A stretch of 64,000 bases of DNA from Camelus ferus (taxonomy: Eukaryota): the NCBI RefSeq assembly GCF_009834535.1, contig NC_045696.1:41170001-41234000 (forward strand). Reading direction: 5' to 3'. Made by a program: the position numbers and the translations under genes. Positions 54,441 through 64,000 of this stretch are shown piece by piece (positions within the stretch are counted from its first letter, which is position 1; each line of letters begins with the position of its first letter). The notes beneath the pieces were generated by a model that made no database searches, was not told the origin of the DNA, and saw nothing but the letters and a program-made list of their open reading frames with translations.

Positions 54441-56418
54441 TTATAAATGTTCTCTGGTATTCTATTTGTAGCTCGAAAGAATTTTTTTTTTTTAAAGGTG
54501 CTTCTGTTCTTCGGGAACTTGACAAACACTGCCATAGAACTCTCAAGGGAGAACTCTTCCATGTCCACATACTTTTGTGTTTGTAAAGGATGTAAAAAGG
54601 GCATCTGTGGTTCACGGGCGAAACTGTCAGAGGCAGGGAGCTCCCACCCGCAGGGTCCAGCCTGAGACTAACCTCCAGGTCTGGTTAGGGCAGACACTTC
54701 TTTCTGTCATTTCCCTTCCTTGTTCCTCTATAACCCTTTTCCTCTATTTTTGCCCATAATATAGAGCTTGAATTGTAGTTTTCATTATTTGATAAACTTA
54801 ACAAAAGCTCATAAACCTCAAGCAAACCACTTTTTATATAGAAAGGCCACCCTGTAGCTCTTTGTTGGTTTGAATTGTTTGGTTAGCTTGATTGAACCCC
54901 TAGTGTAATCTTGAAATATTTGGGCCCCATTCAGGTCGGGTTTCAGTCAGACAGAGAGAAAGGGAAAAGTGGAATGAGAAAAAAAAAAAAAAAGGTATGG
55001 GGCAGTGGAATGGGGAGGGGGAAATCTGTCAGTCAGTTCTCCGAGGGCACTGCAGGATTGTGGAGAGCATTTCTGGACACCTGCCATGTGCGGACATTGT
55101 GCTGCCTGGGAACATAGGTAAGAAGCAAAGGGCAGAGCTGCAGGGACACTTAGAGGACAAAATAAGCCTAAGTCGAACAGAAGGGAGGAGAGCAGGGCAT
55201 CAGCAGGCATCTGGGGTCATTAACAAGCTGCCCTGTAGATCCTTAGGGACGTTTCTTGTGTCTCCCATTTCTGCGGGGGACACACAAATTCCAGATCTGG
55301 GCTGTACTCTAATTCCACAGTGTTGCTATGAGTATCTCGCACCTCCTCCCTAGATACTAAGGAATTTAAAGTGAAAAGTAATGAAAACAATCTGGTGTCG
55401 TGAAAAGAACTGCTCTCTTTATAGACCAGCCAGATCCTGTGCTCTTAGCTGTTCTTTTGCCTGATGAAAAGTTGCAATCCTGAGCGATCAAATCAATTTC
55501 TTTCCACTTTAATGAGGAAGCAATTGTCCTGCTGCTACTCATATTGACAATAAAACGAAATAAAATGCCTGATGCTCCAGTAGCTTAATTTTATCCTTTT
55601 CTACGAAGTCCATGAGAAGAGATGTTAGAAAGTTAATTCAGATGGCAGAGGCCAGAATTTCAAAAGACACTATGAGTAAGGGCATAATGGCCATTCCACA
55701 CGCCTGCTTTGTTCAATCAGATTTACAGTTTACAAGAAGCTGCTGCCTCTCTTCCAGTTTATTCTCAGTGCCAAGACTGCATGAAGTCAAACAACATAAA
55801 CAACAGTCCCAAACTGTCTTTGCTGTCAACTACCGGAGACTTTGGGAGGTCTTGGCCGTAGAGGAAGGACTGTTCTCCAGAATCCTCACGCCACAGAGGA
55901 CGGTGAAGTACTTGAGCACGTTAAGTAAACTTGATTTATCTTAATTACCCGACAGAGTACATTTTCCATAGGAAATTGCTGGGCCACATGTGCGTCTGGC
56001 ATACAAAGTGGATTCTTCAGTGTTTTCAGCCAAGCGAGGGGAGACATGGGCTCACATGAAGAGAAGAGTGAGGTTAAAGGGCTTTTTAAGTGGACAGTGA
56101 TTGTGTGTCAAGCCACAGTGTCCAACCAGTTCATCAGGAAGGACCCGGCCCATGGATGGATTACCAAAATGTGTGCTAAAAATAATTTGTCCGAAAACAG
56201 ATTACAGACCACAGAAGGATTCAAAGCAAAAATGGTTATTCAGGACAATTCTACTTGCCGTACAACTGACCTCGGTTTTGGTTTTATTTTCAGTTCCAGT
56301 TTTCCCACTGAGTCTGTGCATGGCTGCTGAGAGCATAAGATTTTATCACTTTAGAGCTGGGAGAGACTTCAAGATCAATGTGTCCACACTTCCCTTTAAG
56401 GAATGGTGTAACACTTAG

Positions 56419-56531
56419 TTTTTATCTTTATTTTTTTCCTGTTTTTTATTTTTTTAATGGAGGTACTGGGGACTGAACCCAGGACTTCACGCATGCTAAG
56501 CATATGCTCTACCACTGAGCTACACTCATCC
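56419..56531 (-). mobile_element. tRNA-Ala-derived SINE
   Basis: Reverse copy: T tail then 'atggaggtactggggactgaacccaggacttcacgcatgctaagcatatgctctaccactgagctac'. Confidence 0.88.
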
Positions 56532-58641
56532 TTAAGACTGATTTTTTTAAAGCCATATACTTTATCAGTCCTGCTGTTCACAGAACTTAATATAATCATA
56601 GTGGTCTTTGCAAACAAAGTAGTTGGCTCTAGACAGGAGAGGCTCTTCTTAATATTTTTCTTTTAAACAAGAGCCACACAATGAGGTTTCATGGGGAATA
56701 AAATAAGTGGAAAATAAATATTGGGTAGTGAGCTAGATGGGTGCTGATTCAGCTGGACACTAACATCTCTACATTTTCTTTGTGTTTTAGGGGTGGGGTT
56801 GAGAGATGGATCCTCTACAGAAAGCGATGGAGTTGTGCCACAGCTGTTTGCCTCTCTTAACAGAGCTCTGCTGCTTGACTTGAGTAAAACAGCTCTGGTT
56901 CCCCACAAACAGCCCCTCTCCCTGTGCACACGTATCTTCTGGGCTGGTCGCCACCACGCCGCCTTCAGGGCTGCACCCAGAGTTCTCAGAGCAGCTGAGA
57001 GGCTCCCCTTTCTACAAACAGAAACATCTCTCGCTGGGCGAGCGGCCGAAATCTCCCAGCAGCTGGATGGCTGCTGGATGGTCCCTTACCTGTGGCTTAT
57101 TTTTTGAGCTTCTGCACAATAAATCAAAACCCGCCTAAGTCATTAAAACTGACTATACTTCAATAAAAATATATTAAAAAATTAATAAACTTTAAGGCAG
57201 AGAAACAAAAGCAAAACACAGCAAAAAATCAGGCAGGGAAAAGGGTAACAAACACTGTAAGAAGGAAAGGGCAGCATCATGGACTATCTTTTTGGTTTTA
57301 GAATAGTGTGAACATTTAGAATTTTTAACCAAAACCCCTCTGTAGGTCTATTTTCTCTGCCTTGATTCTCCTGGGTTAAATGTTCTCATACCAAGCTCTG
57401 CTCCACCCGTGTCAGTGTGTAGTGATTAGCCCGTAATTATCACCTGGTTTGGGAGTGCATTTTTTTTTTTTTTTTCGGTCAGGACAGATGATGGGAAATG
57501 CTACTACAATCAATTATTTCTATGTGTCTCCTGGAATTAGAACAATGCTACAGATATCTTTCAGAAGTTATTATCTTCCAGCTTTTTAAATAGGGAATTC
57601 CAGAACTTAATGGGGGAATGTTAACAGCTATAATTCAGGTTTGTCTATTTGGGGAGTTTCCCATATATTTTGACTCAAAATTTTCCACAAACACTGAAAT
57701 GTGACTAAAGTCATTCCTCATTCCTTAATGCTAATAAAAAACACCTGCTAGCTGCATCCAGCACGTACTTCCTCTTTATTTTACAGAGTAGCTTTATATT
57801 AGCATTAATCTTGGATCACGGTTGGGGCAGAGAAGATACAATGGAAAGAAACCTGGCCTTGACAATGTGAGAACGTATAAAAAAAGCCTGCATCGAAAAA
57901 GCCAACAAACCCAAATGTGGGAACTCGTGACTTTATTCCCCTTGCTGTGGCTTCTGTGAGCAGGTGCTTTGAGGACTCCCTGCATTTCACCTAAGCTGTG
58001 CACGCGGATTTCGTCTGAAAGCCAATCCTGCTGCTGCTCTCTCTTCTTGCCAGCCCACCCCATTCCATCGCACCCTTCATTGTCACGTTCGCATCCCAAG
58101 TGTTCCACGAGGACTTCTCTCCTCCTCTAACTTGCAGAAGGTGGGTGTAAGTCCTACACTGGAAGGTTCTTTTTTCTGTGTTATGATGCTTCACGAATGT
58201 CAGTTTTGTTTTCCTCAGCTACTTTTAGGCTTCAGAAATCTCAAAATAAATGAAATGGTTCAACTTCACTTTATTCTTCCTTAACTTATTTGGTTATTTG
58301 ACTAATAGGGGTTCCAACATATAACTTTAATATTTCAGGTCAAAATATTTTTGCCCGATAAAGACAAATTAATCTCCAGCATACGTCTGTTCTGAGAGCA
58401 CAGTGTTCACAGGCTCACTGGGGACTAGGATCTCCTGGACTACGTGATCTCCACAAAGTTTCCCATATGATAGCTGAAACAGTTTTCATTAGAGCACATT
58501 TACATCCACATGTATTATATTTGCCATCCATGTGTATTATATGTGCAAAAATGTTCTTTACTTCAAACTACTGATACACAACTTTTAAATCATGACCCAT
58601 TAGGGACTGTCAATATAATCCTGGTCAAATTGTATTTGAAA

Positions 58642-58757
58642 GGGAGGGTATAATTCAATCGTAGAGTGCACGCTTAGCATGCACTGAGGTCCTAGGTTCA
58701 ATCCCCAGGACCTCCATCAAATAAATAAATAAGCCTAATTAACTCCCCCCACCTCCA
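58642..58757 (+). mobile_element. tRNA-Ala-derived SINE (more diverged)
   Basis: 'gggagggtataattcaatcgtagagtgcacgcttagcatgcactgaggtcctaggttcaatcccc...aataaataaataagcctaatt'. Confidence 0.85.
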
Positions 58758-59399
58758 AATCATATATTAGAACATGAACAATCTTCATATATGAATGGAT
58801 TTCATTCAATCACACCAAACTAAAAATAACTTTAAATAAGCCACATACAGACACACTTAATGGCCCTAAGTTTACACTAAGTAATAAAAGTTGGCATGGG
58901 TGTCTGAATTCAGTGATTCCTAAACCAAATTTAATATTGATTTTTCCAAAGACAAATCCAGAAAGGGCCACCTTTGGGCTCTGCTTGTCCTGAGATAAGG
59001 ACAGGCGGCAGGGGTCCTCCGTAGAAGGTGCACTGACGAAGGACAGGACAGACAGCAAGACACATCCTCTGAGGGCGGGATAAAGGGGGCATGGTTGTCT
59101 TTGAGTCTGAGGCAGACTCCAGAAACAAGGAGTGCGAGTCCAGAACAATTACAACCAGAAGCTAGACGTGAACCCCATGACCTGATTGGTCCTGCGATTC
59201 CAGGATGAAATCCAGCTCAGCACAAAGGCGCTATTCTCTTATGCACCTATTTGACCAATTAGGTCAGATGCCAACATGGTACTCTTGCTAGAAATTAACA
59301 AAAAGTTCTTTTTAGTTAGATTTGTTCTACCAACTGCTACTCATTATAAAGAGCTATAGTACTGAGTGATTATTTTGACTAAATCAAAGAATGAAAACT

Positions 59400-59930
59400 A
59401 AAATGAAAGTCAGAGTAAGTCACTCCCCAGTTCCTATCCTTCAGGGTCTCCCCGTCCTGTGGCCAAGCGTCCTGATCTGGCACAGAAGGCCTTCCATAAC
59501 TTGGCTTCCACAGCTTCCGTCCACTTTTCACCCCTCCCCCTGGTGAACGCCGCATACACCCATGCCATTTCGGGCCACTGCACTGACATGTGCTGTTCTC
59601 TCTGACCCTCCTTCCCCTACCATGTCACTGGGTGCCCCCTTCCCCCACATCCTTCAAGCCTCAGCCCAGGTGTCACCTTCTCCAGGAAGTTTTCCCTGAC
59701 TCCCCCAGACTTGGTGATGCGCTGCCTACTCCGGGCTCCCACCACACCTGGGTGTGGACTTCTACCAGTGCTCTCAGCACTTCGTATAGAATAATCGCTC
59801 ATTGGTGACCTGCCCCACCAGCCTGGACCTCCTCAAGGGCAGGCACCACATTTACTCCTGTTTGTTGGCACAACACCAAGCACATGGCTGAGCACATCGC
59901 TGGCACTCAGTAAATGCCAGCTGAATGCAT
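59400..59930 (+). mobile_element. L2 LINE relic
   Basis: 'atccttcaagcctcagcccaggtgtcaccttctccaggaagttttccctga' and the end 'ggcactcagtaaatg'. Confidence 0.7.
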
Positions 59931-61834
59931 ATGCGAGCCTTCTACAAACAAAATCAGGTTTAAAATGTCACTGGAATAACTGTGTTCTACTTCTGATCAT
60001 GAGCTGGGAGGCGCACTATGAAATCGGAGAGTAGCCTGATTCAGAAAAGGGACACAGTGAGCACTGAGAAACTGGATGCCCTTCAGTGTACTTTCTGTGT
60101 ACCTACACAGCTCACTTTTTCTCAAGCGGAGTAAAAAGCAGGACACTGAAGAGAAAAAAACAAGTTCTGTAAATTTGTGGATTGACAAGGTTGTCTTTGA
60201 GTCTGATGCACTCTATTTATCCGCTTATGAAAGTCCAAATTAAATGACCTCTTCTCTCTTACTCTTTCCTTAAAATACGTTATGGTAAAAATTGGCTCTC
60301 TCCCTGTTAATCTGGCTAAGGAAACAGAACCAAGATCATCAAATGGGCTTTTAATTAAATTTTTCAGTAAAAATACTTATTTTGGCTAACTTAATATCTT
60401 TAAGAAAATAAGCAGTTGCAAAAATTTCCATATTACAACTCAAATAGAGAACTTTAGAGAAAAATAAACACACTTGTAGACAAGGGTTATTTTTGCAATA
60501 CAGGACTACAGTTTGCATACAGCAACCCCTCCATAGTAAATCAGATGCTTTCTTTTCCCCTGAAAAGACTGGAAGAGTCTCACTGCTGTCAGAGCCAAAA
60601 TAGGCTCTTCTGGGTGTCACACTCAATGCCTAATTCAGTTCAGTTAAATGACCACCATGAAAGATGCGAGAAATAAAACATGAAAAAAAAATCTCTGATG
60701 CTAAAGCTCCAGTCTTCACCTCTGCTGATCTTTTTAACACTGAGGAACTTTATCAAGTTATGAAATACTCAATCGGGAAAATCTGATTCTGTTCCTCTGA
60801 AAACTGATCTATGTTGCTTGATATATTATAACTTAGGATGTCAGGTTTTTTGGTTTTTCTGGGTTTTTTTTTTCTGTTGTTTTTGTTGCTGGTTTATACT
60901 GAAATCATAGACAATTTATCAAACAGTGTTTTAGAGTTTGAGGAAAGAAAGTGATTTCTCACAGAGAGTGAAATCTAGTCCAGAAATGAATTTAGCATGT
61001 TGGTTTATTAAGAAAATGCTTGTCTGTATCCACTGGAGAATCCCTTTGAGCAACGCATTTGATGATTTAGCCGTATGAAACCAAACAAAAAACCCAAACA
61101 CTTCCTACCATATTTCTAGAACTATCTAAGGCTTTTAACTTTTTTGCAATAATAAACTGATAAAATATTGGGTATTTGAGAGTTAAAAAGGAATCACAAA
61201 CTCTACAGCAATATAAACAACCTGATATCAATGTGCAATACAGGATGCTGAGAAAAGCTGTTTGTTATTGAACAATGTTAATTTTACATAATTCCATTTT
61301 CAAAAATCTGTGCTTATTTGTCTATGATAAAAAGACCCAAAAGAAAAGAAGTGCTATGTCTGGGACTAGCCTGTATCTGTTTTAAGCATTAACTATCACA
61401 AACTTTCACCTACATTTGCCGAAATGTTTCGCAGGGTTTTGTCTCTTTGCCCTTCCTTTTCCGCGTGCCAGCCAGATTCCTCTGTGCTTCCCCTCTAGTG
61501 AACACCAGGCACACTCCAGTTGTCTCTGGTCTACAGACCTTTCGTCCTCTAAATTTTGGTATTTAATATCAACGTTAGATGTTAATGGCCTTCTACTTTT
61601 CAATGTTCCCAGCTACACTGTAAACTTACACGACCATCTTGTCAGCTCTTGTATCCTCACCAATAACTTGCATATTTGCAAACTACGACTCTAGGGCTAT
61701 CTAGCACTGTGTACAGAAAGCCAAAGAACGAAATGCAAACCAGAGCTTAAGATCAAGAAGGATGATGTCATTTCATTCCTTTGCTACGATTTCTGCACTC
61801 TCAGAATTCACCTGGAATAGCGCTGGTGGCTTAC

Positions 61835-61943
61835 CTTGTGTCTGGCTTTAGATTTTCTACTGTGGAGAAGGTTTGATTTGTAGTTTGAATGGACTTGTTC
61901 TTTCCACTGAATGACCCATTTTCTCTGGATATAACTTCATATT
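61835..61943 (-). CDS. ABI3BP: ABI3BP exon: (E)YEVISRENGSFSGKNKSIQTTNQTFSTVENLKPDT(S), FN3 domain; the gene continues beyond the window
   Basis: gcttttcag acceptor, AAG|gtaagc donor; 109 nt, phase 1-2, which joins the next exon to give NLKPDTSYEFQV. Lies within ORF 61831..62277. Confidence 0.95.
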
Positions 61944-64000
61944 CTGAAAAGCAAAAAAGCCAACAGTCTTTACGTTCTGAAGATTTAACTGTTCTTGAAG
62001 CTAACAGCATAACAAAGTCACTCTCATAAAAGTGAGCAACTGAGACTGCGGTCCTAGAGGTAGACTGATGGTACAGATTAGTAACTTCCAAATGGGGACT
62101 GTCAGCAGATGATGAAGATCCCAGAGCATTGTGGGAGTTCCTCATTGACCATTTCTGTTTTCTCTTTACCAGAGCAGGAAAGGTCTGGTAACTGTGAAGA
62201 CTGATGATGCACCTATGGTAGCACTGGATACTGGTACCCCACGATTTTGGTAAGTAAGTCAGATAGTCTGCCATCATTGGAAAGCCCAGTGTGGGGAAAG
62301 CACTATATGAGGAATGGTGGTTTAGTAGAAGCTCATTTCCTGCTCAACAGGGATTTATGATATAGCTGGGGACAGCGTTACTGAATACACAGTACTGCTG
62401 CAAAAACTTTGAGTTTAAAACCATAGCAGCAAATAACAATTAACTAAATAATGAACTATACTCTCCTATAACTTGTTATTTTGAACTATAGAATTATGGG
62501 ATGTTGGCACCTACTGCTTATGTAAGTTGCATAAGTTTTGCACATACTGTTTACATTGCCCCCTTGATAATTACCCTTTTATTAAAAATAAAATTATGCC
62601 CTTAAAGTCTACTTAGAGATCTGCATAAATTTAACTTAAGGACATGTTTCTATGAACTTGCAGTTATCTTCATAATTTAAAAGATAGAATTTCTTTCAGA
62701 ATCCTAGCTTTAGAATGTATATTCTTGGGCTTCGTAAATATATCTTTCATTTTTAAGGCTCTAAAGTGATAATGGCTTTTTCACAAATCCACCAACAATA
62801 TAAAAATCTACCACCACCAACACAAAAGTATGTGCCTGTATTTCTTATTTTAAAACAGAGGATTTTAGAAATATTTCATTAACAGTAAAGACGTAAAAAA
62901 ATCTACAAAGAACTAATACTGAATAATTGGTATCTTCTTTCCCCTCGGAGGGTTTTATTGCCTTATTATGAGATAATTCACTTAGAAAATACTTATTTAT
63001 TACAAAGATTGGGAACAACGCATTCTTGTCAATAGACCATGAAAATAATAATGAGGATAATACCACGTCTATCAGCCCTCCTGCTGTTATTGCTGACAAA
63101 CAGTAATTTAACAGCTTCTAATTTATGCTGAACAAACTCTCTAAGTTTTATACTCACAATAAATTGCTAACACTGCAAACTATCATTATTATTATTAAAT
63201 AAAAACCCTAAAGTTCAAAGAGGCTAATTATACACCTATGTTGGATATCTAGAACACAGCTGGTCTGCAATTTAAATCTATGTCAGGATGCTCTTGACGT
63301 AGAATGAAATGACACCTTTTAAATAACTTGAAGTTGTCCAAGGACCCAGGCTATGGCCAATTTCTGTGGTGCACCTATGTTGGTGTAGAAGAGACATGGA
63401 GAAGCATCTGAATTTGGATGTTTTTACTAGAGGTGAATATATGCTTGTCAATTACTGACAGAGGTCAACCTGGGAATGAAGAGTATGTTTCAGTCTCTTT
63501 TTATCTTTCTCACTCCTTTCTTGCAAAACCATTTTCCAGTGATGTGAGAATTAACCTCTCTCTTATCCAAGCTGCTGGTTTATAAAAGATTACATGTGAA
63601 ATCAAGTGGTATTTAATGTAACACAAAGAAATAAACAAAAATTGAAAAAATAGGACAGATCATTAGGGCATATGGTCCAACATTTAAATATAGACCAGGT
63701 GAGTAATGGTTAGGTATGGACTTATTTCTATTTAGAAAATACTATAGCTATAGATGTGGTCTTTATCCATGAAAATTATTATTATAAGTCCAGTATCTAG
63801 TGAAAGATCTCGTAATAATGTTATAAAAGTAATTGGTTAAAGTATATGCTTTTCATGATTCTTTGAGATTACAGGGTCATGTAAATTTTTAAAAAGTTAT
63901 ATGATGGAAGGAAAATCTAGAAAAGAAAATCCTTCTGCTTTAAAAAGTTGAATCAGCTATTACTGACACACTCAAGTGAATATGTATAGATTTTCAGATA

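Noticed and set aside
54017..60626. Many 60-120 aa ORFs in the ABI3BP intron
   Set aside because: No recognisable homology or consistent splice structure; several overlap MIR, SINE or L2 relics.
61831..62277. 148-aa minus-strand ORF as a standalone gene
   Set aside because: Only 61835-61943 is an ABI3BP exon; the rest is open intronic frame.

Overview
Mammalian genomic DNA, most likely a camelid, judging from its tRNA-Ala(AGC)-derived SINEs that resemble Vic-1. The window holds the complete TFG gene on the + strand: CpG-island promoter at about 8.35-9.25 kb, 7 coding exons from 13284 to 39446, and a 1185-nt CDS encoding 394 aa. Tail-to-tail with it on the - strand are the last 6 coding exons of ABI3BP/TARSH (61943 down to the stop at 41306). 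The rest is intronic or intergenic sequence rich in L1, L2, MIR, LTR and DNA-transposon relics, and most entries in the ORF track are spurious. I see no clearly novel multi-gene system. The points most worth checking are: an in-frame 12-nt deletion next to a LIR-like FDPL motif in TFG; a shortened, CpG-rich TFG exon; a candidate poison exon in TFG intron 6; UPRE-type motifs in the TFG promoter and intron 1; converging polyA signals shared with ABI3BP; a Tigger2-type element that appears to have captured host DNA; and a candidate antisense exon inside ABI3BP. Comparisons to human sequences are from memory, and repeat boundaries are approximate.
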